The notes beneath the pieces are model-generated. The model was not told the origin of the DNA. It searched no databases and worked only from the letters and a program-made list of their open reading frames with translations. Positions 24,343 to 32,366 of a DNA stretch of 32,366 nt are shown here, piece by piece (position 1 is the first letter of the stretch; the number at the start of each line of letters is the position of its first letter). The position numbers and the translations under genes are program-made. Source of the stretch: Candidatus Scatovivens sp. (GTDB lineage Bacteria; Bacillota; Clostridia; TANB77; CAG-508). The stretch is taken from positions 1-32,366 of the forward strand of contig JAZQTI010000035.1 of NCBI GenBank assembly GCA_045630665.1, read 5' to 3'.

Positions 24343-24595
24343 TTTTATAAAGCTTTATATCTTCCTCTGTTATATTTGTTTGACCATTACTACTCATAAG
24401 CACTTTGTTGTATAATTCGTTAGGATATTTTTTGAAAAACAATGATAATTCATTTTGATATAATTCATTTGCCAATTCTGCATTTAAACATATAGGCTTA
24501 TCAAGTTTTTTATTCTTTTCTGCTACATACCACCACATTACTTTTGGAACTGGTGTCCCTGTTTCAGGAAAATTTTTAAATATTATTATTTTCAT
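24329..24595 (-). CDS. Hypothetical protein
   Basis: ORF track; ATGA coupling and RBS AAGGAGG. Confidence 0.7.
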   Translation of the reverse strand: MKIIIFKNFPETGTPVPKVMWWYVAEKNKKLDKPICLNAELANELYQNELSLFFKKYPNELYNKVLMSSNGQTNITEEDIKLYKSEVE

Positions 24596-25002
24596 ATTTC
24601 CTCCTTAAATAAATTTTCTATCTTTTGCCATTCTTCTTTTGTAATAATTCCACGATCATATTTTTCTTGTAAGTTATAATAACATTGTTTTAGGTATCGG
24701 TTGTTGTGTTCTGGGTAATATAAAGGAATTTCACTTTCATAATTAATTTCACTATCACAAAAAGCTAATATTTCATTGTAATATTTTTGCTTATATTTAA
24801 TATTTCTCTTTAGCAATTCCTGTGTTAATTGCCATGAATATTCCATGAAATACTCTTTACTATGTTCCATAACATAACTAACCAACCTATGTTTCAGTGT
24901 TCCTTTCTCCCATTGTCTTTTAATTGCTATACATTCTCTCCATTGACTAACTAACATTGCATTAGGTAGCACTGGAATTAATTTATAATGCCACAAACGC
25001 AT
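24592..25002 (-). CDS. Pyrimidine-dimer DNA glycosylase / endonuclease V-like protein
   Basis: MRLWH..LIPVLP...LVSQWRE...H..V.Y...E..KR...PEHN.RY...C..NL..K. Start is ATG 25002. Confidence 0.75.
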   Translation of the reverse strand: MRLWHYKLIPVLPNAMLVSQWRECIAIKRQWEKGTLKHRLVSYVMEHSKEYFMEYSWQLTQELLKRNIKYKQKYYNEILAFCDSEINYESEIPLYYPEHNNRYLKQCYYNLQEKYDRGIITKEEWQKIENLFKEEI

Positions 25003-25055
25003 TATCTCACCTCTTTCTATAATCATATTATCATATAATTATATAGTATGTCAAT

Positions 25056-25081
25056 AAAAAAAGAACATATTTCTATGTTCT
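25056..25081 (-). terminator. Terminator closing the HNH/structured-RNA transcript
   Basis: AGAACATA-GAAA-TATGTTCT-T6, followed immediately by a TTGACA promoter box. Confidence 0.8.
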
Positions 25082-25087
25082 AAATAG

Positions 25088-25565
25088 GATACACGACCGA
25101 AGTCGTAGTATCTCTGGTCTAAAGACATCATTGTCGAACCATTAAACCAGTGCTATTTTATAAGCACTGTACCAAATTCAAGTATATTCATCTTTCCAAC
25201 TAGTATTGTATACTTGTAATTCAGTACACTACCTATAAAAGATAGTGATAAAATAAATAGACTAATCACATTACTCGTTATACCTTCAACATTCTAAGCA
25301 CCACTGTATAACAATACGGTAGGAAGGTGGCTTTCTTCCTCGTGATATTTACCATTTTCACTATTTATTTTAGTTACCAAATAGATATTTACTAGCACCA
25401 CTAGATACACTAGGCATTGGGTTTTATATCTCCATATCTATTTGCATTAATTAATAGTGCCTATTATAAGCACCATTGAATAGATATTTTCGCCTAACTC
25501 CAAATGAAGTGCATTTTACAAGGGCTTATTGTAATATATCTACTCAATGCTGATTATAAATCAGC
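25088..25565 (-). ncRNA. Candidate large structured non-coding RNA
   Basis: About ten abutting stems, a C(UUCG)G hairpin, and mismatches that resolve as G-U only on the minus strand; no ORF of 60 aa or more in the track. Confidence 0.6.
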
Positions 25566-25896
25566 CTCTATTTTTTAATTGTTCTTTATATGTTGCCCAT
25601 CTTAAATTAGAAACATTATTATTTATCTTATTTCTATCAATATGGTCAACTGTTGGTTTGTTTTCAGGATTATCAATAAACAATTCTGCAACCAATCTAT
25701 GTATAGCATAATATTTAACCTTACCATTATTATATAAAGGTAATCTATAATAGCCTTTATTTGATAGTGTTGGCTTTTTAATGGTTTCTACACATTTTCT
25801 TTTTTGCATCATTCTTGATAAACTTTTAACTCTACCAAGATTACTTACTTGATATAACCCCTCATAATTTGGTATGTCTTTCCATACTTCTTCCAT
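25561..25896 (-). CDS. NUMOD4-HNH endonuclease
   Basis: EVWKDIPNYEGLYQVSNLGRVKS; IHRLVA..FI.NP...VDHIDRNKINNNVSNLRW. Start is ATG 25896. Confidence 0.9.
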   Translation of the reverse strand: MEEVWKDIPNYEGLYQVSNLGRVKSLSRMMQKRKCVETIKKPTLSNKGYYRLPLYNNGKVKYYAIHRLVAELFIDNPENKPTVDHIDRNKINNNVSNLRWATYKEQLKNRG

Positions 25897-25899
25897 ACA

Positions 25900-25985
25900 T
25901 AACACCTCCCGAATAAGTGTTAAGGGAAGTAATTCGGGTACTTCCCCACAATTTAATTATATCACTTCTTTTTCTTTTTTGTCAA
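25900..25985 (-). promoter_or_regulatory. Promoter and two-hairpin leader of the HNH gene
   Basis: TTGACA-18 bp-TATAAT with extended TG; two hairpins with complementary 7-nt loops. Confidence 0.7.
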
Positions 25986-26213
25986 TTGATATGGGTTTTC
26001 TAATTCTTGTTTATATTCCATAAATTGTTCTTTATTCATTATATTTTTGTATGGTATATCCATATTTTTTTTATTATCTCTTTGAATAATAAGATAATAC
26101 CCTAATGGATACCCCCTCATGTAATCTTCTATTGTATCTATTATATCTCTTTCGTTTTCACTAATATCTAATAATTTCCAACCTGCTATGTTCCCGTATA
26201 ACTTATATTCCAT
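25962..26213 (-). CDS. Hypothetical protein
   Basis: ORF track. Confidence 0.65.
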   Translation of the reverse strand: MEYKLYGNIAGWKLLDISENERDIIDTIEDYMRGYPLGYYLIIQRDNKKNMDIPYKNIMNKEQFMEYKQELENPYQLTKKKKK

Positions 26214-26379
26214 TTTTATTCTTCTTTCTTAATATTTTTATATTCTCACTATATTCTTTTTCTTTTAGAAAAGCATTTATATTTATTATTAATTCAACTC
26301 TGTCAACTTCGTCCATCTTTGCTTCCTTTAATGCTTTTATAATAACATTTCTTGCTATTATTAGACTTTCTTTGTCCAT
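26203..26379 (-). CDS. Hypothetical 58-aa protein (not in ORF track)
   Basis: MDKESLIIARNVIIKALKEAKMDEVDRVELIININAFLKEKEYSENIKILRKKNKNGI; RBS AGGGTGA; upstream TTGTCA/TATAAT boxes. Confidence 0.6.
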   Translation of the reverse strand: MDKESLIIARNVIIKALKEAKMDEVDRVELIININAFLKEKEYSENIKILRKKNKNGI

Positions 26380-26435
26380 AGTATCACCCTAAAACAATTA
26401 TACAACACATATTTATTTTTGACAAATTAAAAGAA

Positions 26436-27614
26436 CTAAACCCTAGTTCTTCTATAACCACTGACTGTAAGCCTATTTTTATATGTATCTAACCCAATTT
26501 TTTTACTAAAATCATTGTATTTATTAGTTAATTGGCTTATTTTTTGCTGTGCAAGCCCTATTTCTTCTTTATCGCCACTAGCACGTGCAATGATTTGCCT
26601 ATCTTTTTGTTGCCTAATAGCAGTTTCTAATTTCCTTTGAACTTGTGTGGCTTCATACTTAGTATATGTTTTTCCTTCATATTCAACTTTAGTAGTGCTT
26701 TCTTGCTCCATTTGTCTTAATTGTTTTTGTGTATAACTTGGTTGACTTACACCTAATACTATACTAAATACAAAATGTCGACAATTATATTCTCCAATAG
26801 GTCTTTCAAGGCTATCATTTAGTTTTTTAAATTCCTTATCACTAAATTGTTTACCTTGTATTGGTAAATGATCTTCTGCACATGGACTATGTGCCGATAT
26901 TTCTACACCATTAGCACCAAAACCTTTTCCTACTTCTTCTTGAATACTTATATTTATTTGTCGTATTCCTGTAAGAATATCTTGCCTTATACTACTATCT
27001 ATTCGTCGGTTATAACCATTTTTATATGCCATTTTTTCTTCATGAACTTTTACACCACTATCAGCAAGTTGGTTTATTGTGTTTCTCATAGCACTTTGAT
27101 AATCACTAACACCTGTTTCAACATTAAAAACTGCTTCGTCAATTAAATCATTGTAAATTTTTTTTAATGGTTTATATGTAGCATTACCTTGACTATCTTT
27201 TAAAACAAAACCTATATTGTTTGAATTAGATAAATTTATAAATGTTTCATCAGTTTGTTTTTTTATTGCTTCAACTAAATTTTGCAATTGAGAATTATCT
27301 TCATATTTAACAAATTCTTTATTTTTTGCTTTAAAATAAACTTCACTAAATTCTACATTTTCTTCGGCAACTTTATCAAATAAAACTTCTATATCTTGCA
27401 CTGATTTACCACTTATTTTTGATAATTCTAATAATAATTCATTTACATCATATCCAAGTTTTAATTCCTGTGCTAATATATGTGCTTGACTAGGAGAAAT
27501 GCCGTCAAATTGTTTAACGACATTCCCTAATTTTTGTAACACCTTTGTATTATATTTGTTGTATCTAATATAAAACTTTTCTAATACTTTATCTAATTTT
27601 TGTTCATCTTGCAT
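26436..27614 (-). CDS. Minor capsid / head morphogenesis protein (Phage_min_cap2-like)
   Basis: VEISAH...EDH...QGK, YNCRH, YEATQVQRKLETAIR..K; follows the portal gene. Confidence 0.88.
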   Translation of the reverse strand: MQDEQKLDKVLEKFYIRYNKYNTKVLQKLGNVVKQFDGISPSQAHILAQELKLGYDVNELLLELSKISGKSVQDIEVLFDKVAEENVEFSEVYFKAKNKEFVKYEDNSQLQNLVEAIKKQTDETFINLSNSNNIGFVLKDSQGNATYKPLKKIYNDLIDEAVFNVETGVSDYQSAMRNTINQLADSGVKVHEEKMAYKNGYNRRIDSSIRQDILTGIRQINISIQEEVGKGFGANGVEISAHSPCAEDHLPIQGKQFSDKEFKKLNDSLERPIGEYNCRHFVFSIVLGVSQPSYTQKQLRQMEQESTTKVEYEGKTYTKYEATQVQRKLETAIRQQKDRQIIARASGDKEEIGLAQQKISQLTNKYNDFSKKIGLDTYKNRLTVSGYRRTRV

Positions 27615-27625
27615 AGGATTGCCTC

Positions 27626-29044
27626 CTATTCACCCATTATATCTGTTAACGATGGATTTTGTTCTCTTATTTTTTGTATTTCTTGTTCAGCAATTTCAGG
27701 AGTTTCACCAAATATCTTTTCACGATATTCTACTTTACTCATTAAACCTGCATTTACTTCTCTTAATGCTCTATTACTTTCAGCTTCTTTATCTTCAATG
27801 ATTGAATCATCAAATTGAATAACCATATCTTCTGTGTTAATGTTATAAGTTCCAAATTGGCTAGAAGCATAACATATAGCACGAACTAAATCATAAATAG
27901 CACTTTCATAACCTATTTCAAGTTTTTTCTTTCTTCTAAATAACTTACTATTGCTTGATATAACTGCTGTTGCTGTACTTAAATTAGTTCCATCAAAATG
28001 GTAATGATTTTCACCAAACCCAACTTTATTTCCTAGAATATTTAAGTTAGTATTTAATGTTTCTATTTGTTTATCAGTTCGTAAGTCATCACTATCACTT
28101 TGTATTAAATCATCTTTAGTTGCTCCAGCAGGTAATTGATACACTGATGTATCGTTTGGATCGAATGTTAATCTTTGAGTTCCATCATCATAATTCATCA
28201 TATCTGCTCTTACAAATATTCTTCTTCTACCATCAACTAATTCATTTTTTAAACTATCAAATGCAATATCAACTGATTTTAAATTATCAATAGCATTTGC
28301 ATAATGTGGAATCCCAAATGGTGAATTATTAAATAAATTATTTGTAAGTAATGGTTTAAATATAGCAAACCAAGGAATATTTGATTTTGTATCAAACACA
28401 CTCATTGTTTCTTCTTCAGTTATTTCTGTTAAATTACCATTACTATCTCTAAATAAATGGTTATAAATAATATAATTACCATTATCTGCTTTTTTATGAA
28501 CAGAACATACAACATATTTTTGCCCTTTTATATATTCAACACTACCAAAAGCACATTCAGTTATTCCTTTGTTACTCCAAGTTAATGGATAAATCCAATC
28601 AATATCTACTAAATCAACCCTTGTTTTAGCATTTGATACATCTAAATACATACCATCTTCATTTTGTACTATATCATAAACACTAACAACCGTTGATTCA
28701 GTTCCTAGTGCTCCTGACTTTTCAATTGATTGGTTTATCAATGAATATAAATCAAGCGAATTAACTAATTCTTCGAATTGTTTTTGTGAATTTTCATCTT
28801 TCATATTAATTTCACATTTTTCACTCCAAAGAATGTCAGACCAATCTTCACTTATTTCCTTTGCCATATTCATTGTAAATCTTTTTTGTTTTATTTTATT
28901 CTTTCCATTATAAATAAAATAATTGTGGAAACTTTTAACATTTCCTGCATACCAACTTTTCCATTGTTCTATGTATGTTTTTAATACATCTTTAACATCT
29001 GGGTTGTACCCATAATTTGTTTGTAAAAAATCTTCTAATTTCAT
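27626..29044 (-). CDS. Portal protein (A118/SPP1-like)
   Basis: SPFGIP.YANA, TATAVIS.NS, FDDSIIED, GLMSKVEY; follows terL. Confidence 0.92.
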   Translation of the reverse strand: MKLEDFLQTNYGYNPDVKDVLKTYIEQWKSWYAGNVKSFHNYFIYNGKNKIKQKRFTMNMAKEISEDWSDILWSEKCEINMKDENSQKQFEELVNSLDLYSLINQSIEKSGALGTESTVVSVYDIVQNEDGMYLDVSNAKTRVDLVDIDWIYPLTWSNKGITECAFGSVEYIKGQKYVVCSVHKKADNGNYIIYNHLFRDSNGNLTEITEEETMSVFDTKSNIPWFAIFKPLLTNNLFNNSPFGIPHYANAIDNLKSVDIAFDSLKNELVDGRRRIFVRADMMNYDDGTQRLTFDPNDTSVYQLPAGATKDDLIQSDSDDLRTDKQIETLNTNLNILGNKVGFGENHYHFDGTNLSTATAVISSNSKLFRRKKKLEIGYESAIYDLVRAICYASSQFGTYNINTEDMVIQFDDSIIEDKEAESNRALREVNAGLMSKVEYREKIFGETPEIAEQEIQKIREQNPSLTDIMGE

Positions 29045-29050
29045 ATTAAC

Positions 29051-30316
29051 CTACCTTCCACTTATATTAGTCATCAATTTATCATAGAATGGGAACATAC
29101 TATATTCACTTGCGTCCAAATCATCTATTGGAGTTGTCCCATCGTCTAATCGCTCATCTTCGTGTTTTTCGTCCCATAGAGCCTGTGAATAGGCTTCTAT
29201 AAGGTATTTACACTTTTTTAAAATAAAACGTCTCTGTTGCCCAAATAAATGGCAATCTAATTCTATTCTATCTACTATTCTACCTTTGATACAATCTTGT
29301 ACTTGTAAAGGAATATTATGTTGCTGCAAATATCTATTCATACCAAATGTTAATACTTGACCTAATGCACCATAATCGGCAAAACAATGTGTAACCTTGC
29401 CATAATTATTTACAACTCTTTTATAAAACTCAACAAACTTTTCATACATTTGTTCTGGTGTATGTAGCCCTGTTAATTTTTCTTCATCAATAGTCCATAC
29501 TTGTTTAAAATAAGGCGTTATTCCTGTTGCTTTAAATTCAGTTTCACCTTCAGTTGCTCCATAGTCTATTCCTATTGATATAATCATAAAATTTATGTTA
29601 TTACCAAATTCGTCCTTTGCCTCATCTCTAATGTATAAACTTGGATTATCAGCAAATTGCCTATAAATAATACCTTCAGCATTACACCATTGACCTAATA
29701 CATATCTATTATAAAATACTGTTCCTTCATATTCCTTACATAAGTTATCTATAAATTCTTGTGTTAAATAAGTATTATCAAACAATGTATAATATTGAAC
29801 ATAAGCATCTATACCTTTATCTTCTATTGTATCTAAAAAATTTTTCTTTAACCAATGTGATTGATTTTCAGGGTTTAAAGTCGCATCACAACAAGAATAT
29901 GGTTTATCAAGACGTGATTTTAAAAGTTCCCAAACTTCTTCGTTATATTCAGCTAACTCATCACAATAACAATATTTAATACTAGCACCACGAATCTTAC
30001 TAACTTGATTTACTTTTTCAGCACCCAAACAATATACTTGTTCTCCAAATAAATTAGCAATGTTATTAGACCCTATTGTTCCAACTAAACTATTACCGAA
30101 TCTCTCTCTTAATGGTTCAAGCACATTTCGTTCAATTGTCCCTTTTGAAACGCCTAAAATAACATATAAACCTTCTTTGCCACTTCGTTCTCTTATTCGA
30201 CTAGGTATTGTATAAATAATATCAAGATAAGTTTTCCCAGAACGAGTAGCACCAATTTTAATGTTATATCTATGATTGGAATTATTAATAAAATCTTTTT
30301 GTTTATTTGTTAGCAT
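29051..30316 (-). CDS. terL: Terminase large subunit
   Basis: GATRSGKT Walker A, YCDE Walker B, NP..HWLK, RYVLGQW..AEG, GIDYG, DDLDASEY nuclease motifs. Confidence 0.95.
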   Translation of the reverse strand: MLTNKQKDFINNSNHRYNIKIGATRSGKTYLDIIYTIPSRIRERSGKEGLYVILGVSKGTIERNVLEPLRERFGNSLVGTIGSNNIANLFGEQVYCLGAEKVNQVSKIRGASIKYCYCDELAEYNEEVWELLKSRLDKPYSCCDATLNPENQSHWLKKNFLDTIEDKGIDAYVQYYTLFDNTYLTQEFIDNLCKEYEGTVFYNRYVLGQWCNAEGIIYRQFADNPSLYIRDEAKDEFGNNINFMIISIGIDYGATEGETEFKATGITPYFKQVWTIDEEKLTGLHTPEQMYEKFVEFYKRVVNNYGKVTHCFADYGALGQVLTFGMNRYLQQHNIPLQVQDCIKGRIVDRIELDCHLFGQQRRFILKKCKYLIEAYSQALWDEKHEDERLDDGTTPIDDLDASEYSMFPFYDKLMTNISGR

Positions 30317-30788
30317 CTTTTTTTATTTCTCCTAACAATTCATCAAGTTTACTTAATTCCTGTTTATTTGTTTCAACTTCAACCTTATCACGCCATTTTC
30401 TTGGATTCCTATTTTTTAACCAAAATATTTGTGCAGTTGTATCAGCAGGAATATGAGTTTCATCATAGCCATCAACAAGTTCTTCATATTCCTTTATTTT
30501 TTTACCATCATTATTGTATTCAATTCTTTTTAATTTAAAAGTTTTTTTAAGAAGTACATTATATCCAAGACTTTTTTTAAATAAAGCATTTTCAACTTCA
30601 TAGTCTGAAACTTCACGTCCTTTTTTTAAGGCAGTGGAAATGGGGGGATTTTTTTTTCTCCATTCTCTTAAAGTAGTGACATCTATGTCCATATTTTTTG
30701 CAATCTGTTCATAGGTTAATCCATCTCTAGACCAACCTTCAAGTAATATAAGTTTGTCTTGTTCTAACCATTCATCAATTTTAGCCAT
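30303..30788 (-). CDS. terS: Terminase small subunit
   Basis: WSRDGLTYEQIAKNMDI...L.EW HTH, VENAL.K, PADTTAQIFWLKNR..KWRD. Confidence 0.9.
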   Translation of the reverse strand: MAKIDEWLEQDKLILLEGWSRDGLTYEQIAKNMDIDVTTLREWRKKNPPISTALKKGREVSDYEVENALFKKSLGYNVLLKKTFKLKRIEYNNDGKKIKEYEELVDGYDETHIPADTTAQIFWLKNRNPRKWRDKVEVETNKQELSKLDELLGEIKKDANK

Positions 30789-30828
30789 TCATATCACCAC
30801 CTACTTTTCTATTGAATTTTCAATATAA

Positions 30829-30857
30829 ATTATAACATTTATTTGCGATTTTGTCTA
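30829..30857 (-). promoter_or_regulatory. SigA promoter of the packaging operon
   Basis: TAGACA-17 bp-TATAAT with extended TG. Confidence 0.6.
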
Positions 30858-30932
30858 TTCGACCATTTTATGTAACGATAAACAACGTAAATAAAATAAG
30901 AAAATACAAAAATAATAATTAATTCGTCCATC

Positions 30933-31193
30933 TTATCTTCCCCTTTTAGCAATTCCCTGCAATACATAATAAAATTCATAATGGTTCATATAATCCCAAA
31001 GACGGTCTTTTTTCCATTCTTCAAAATTGAGAGAATAAAATGCATTTCTTGTTCGACGTTTGAACTCGACTTTTTCGTGCAAATCAAGATATGAAAAAAA
31101 GCGTAAAGTACCCTCATATTGATCCCTTAACGCTTTTAAATTTGCAACAACTTCTTTAAATGCCCAATTTGGATTAATGTTTAAATCTTTCAT
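30933..31193 (-). CDS. Hypothetical protein with own promoter
   Basis: ORF track; TTGCAT-17 bp-TATAAT promoter with extended TG at 31220-31248. Confidence 0.7.
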   Translation of the reverse strand: MKDLNINPNWAFKEVVANLKALRDQYEGTLRFFSYLDLHEKVEFKRRTRNAFYSLNFEEWKKDRLWDYMNHYEFYYVLQGIAKRGR

Positions 31194-31249
31194 ATATAAC
31201 CTACCTTTTTATTAATTAGATTATAACATAATATGAAATAAAATGCAAT

Positions 31250-31331
31250 AAAAAAAGAATGAGGAGGTAAGAAACAAAAAGCTCATTCTTTTTTTAGAAT
31301 AAAAAGGGGTTGTAAGTAGTGTTACTTACAA
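31250..31331 (-). ncRNA. Candidate small RNA with anti-Shine-Dalgarno loop
   Basis: Own promoter (TTGCCT-17 bp-TATAAT with extended TG, 31336-31364), 5' hairpin, and a terminator hairpin displaying UUUCUUACCUC; no ORF. Confidence 0.55.
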
Positions 31332-31369
31332 TGTAATTATAACATAAGAAAAAGAAAAAGGCAAATTAG

Positions 31370-31786
31370 TTATTCATCACCACCATTTAATAAATATTTA
31401 AAACCATTTAATTTATTTAATATCCAACTATCATCTTCTGTTGGCTGTTGTTTTATTAATTCAATTACTAAATCTATATCTTCTATTGTTTTTTTATTTC
31501 TTGATTTGTAATCTTCTAGTTGTTCTTCTAATTTCCACCTTAAAATATATTCTGGTTTTTCATCTTTTAATCTTTCATTTTCTTCTTGTAATATTTCTAA
31601 TTTTTCAGTAGTTTCACATAATTCTTCTACTGTTGATTTAAAACCATTTTGTAAATTAGTTATGTAATCCAATAATATATGTGATTTATAATATTCATTT
31701 TCTATAATTCCATTTTCACTACATTCTTTATATGTTTCATTTTTTTCTTTTAATTCTTCTAATATTTCTTTTATCTCGTCTTTCAA
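31370..31786 (-). CDS. Hypothetical coiled-coil protein
   Basis: ORF track; LLDYITNLQ...LQEENERLK. Confidence 0.65.
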   Translation of the reverse strand: MKDEIKEILEELKEKNETYKECSENGIIENEYYKSHILLDYITNLQNGFKSTVEELCETTEKLEILQEENERLKDEKPEYILRWKLEEQLEDYKSRNKKTIEDIDLVIELIKQQPTEDDSWILNKLNGFKYLLNGGDE

Positions 31787-31787
31787 A

Positions 31788-32117
31788 CTAATTCACTTCC
31801 TCCACACTTAATATTTTTAATACATAATATAATTTGTTAGGTTCTGCACCCCATTCTTCTACGCCATAATTCACTTCTAAAGTGACATTACATTTAATAC
31901 TTGGACTATTTTTTGAATATCCATTTCTTAATATAATAGGAAATGAAGATAATAAAGTTTTGCCTTTAGATTGAGTACCAATTATTACATAATCTAAAGT
32001 TGGTAAATTCCTTGTAAATCTTTTTGTGTAATATGGTTTAATCTCTCTATATTCTTCTTTCTTCTCTCCTGATTTAATCATATCAAACCATTTCTTTTTT
32101 ATTGGTAATACTAACAT
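31788..32117 (-). CDS. ASCH/PUA-like domain protein
   Basis: LPIKKKWFDMIKSGEKKEEYRE (GxKxxExR). Confidence 0.8.
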   Translation of the reverse strand: MLVLPIKKKWFDMIKSGEKKEEYREIKPYYTKRFTRNLPTLDYVIIGTQSKGKTLLSSFPIILRNGYSKNSPSIKCNVTLEVNYGVEEWGAEPNKLYYVLKILSVEEVN

Positions 32118-32127
32118 TATTACTCAC

Positions 32128-32265
32128 CTACTTTATATTCTTATAAATTTCTCTTAAATGTTGTTCTATTTCTATTATCTTTTTATCTAATTGATAAAGC
32201 CAAATTATCATAAATATATTTATTAATAAAATTAACATAAAACTAAATAATAAAATATAATTCAT
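32128..32265 (-). CDS. Small single-TM protein (45 aa, not in ORF track)
   Basis: MNYILLFSFMLILLINIFMIIWLYQLDKKIIEIEQHLREIYKNIK; RBS AGGTGAG. Confidence 0.55.
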   Translation of the reverse strand: MNYILLFSFMLILLINIFMIIWLYQLDKKIIEIEQHLREIYKNIK

Positions 32266-32366
32266 TATTACTCACCTTTGCTTTCTAAATTGTAAACCAA
32301 CTTTTAATAGTATCTAAATTAATACCTATAAAAGCAATTAGTCCAAATAAACCTATAACACACATT

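Noticed and set aside
25392-25399. 8-nt complementarity (GGTGCTAG) between an ncRNA loop and the CCC-gene 5' UTR (21155-21162)
   Set aside because: Too short to distinguish from chance without covariation data.
25088-25565. CRISPR array or group I intron interpretation of the structured region
   Set aside because: There are no identical regularly spaced repeats or cas genes, no interrupted gene flanks the region, and I could not identify P7 core motifs by eye.
1062-29979. All plus-strand ORFs in the track (e.g. 11997..12650, 15955..16455, 8015..8335)
   Set aside because: They are antisense shadows of well-supported minus-strand genes, with no SDs or recognisable motifs.
31261-31275. Plus-strand GAGGAGG as the RBS of a plus-strand gene
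   Set aside because: No start codon or ORF follows; it is better explained as an anti-SD on the minus-strand RNA.
1-32366. Lysogeny module, attachment sites or genome ends
   Set aside because: No integrase, cI-like gene or terminal repeat is seen, so lifestyle cannot be determined from this window.

Overview
This is a very AT-rich segment of a tailed (siphovirus-type) phage or prophage of a low-GC Bacillota host, and every credible gene is on the minus strand. In transcription order (right to left) it holds: small early/middle genes; terS, terL, portal and minor head genes; a ~9.4 kb accessory block inserted inside the head module; scaffold, major capsid, head completion, tail, tape measure, baseplate and fibre genes; holin and amidase; and a recombination module (nuclease-Sak4-like fusion, SSB-like gene) whose transcription units each start with a tiny RHH- or AbrB-like regulator. 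No integrase, repressor or CRISPR array is visible. The most striking feature is a candidate one-component Agr-like peptide-signalling system. It is a single membrane protein combining a sensor-like TM domain, an AgrB-type protease motif (R-x6-H-x6-C) and a C-terminal HTH. A 29-aa AgrD-like peptide gene (MLPGGG-SIFLF-AKEDK...) with its own strong RBS is nested out of frame inside it. It lies directly upstream of a structured-UTR operon of Gly/Cys/Gln/Tyr-rich coat-like proteins. Other highlights are a Prp/L27-type cleavage leader on the tape measure protein, a ~480-nt structured RNA behind an HNH gene, a kissing-loop leader, and an anti-SD small RNA. All family calls come from motif recognition by eye; no database search was run.
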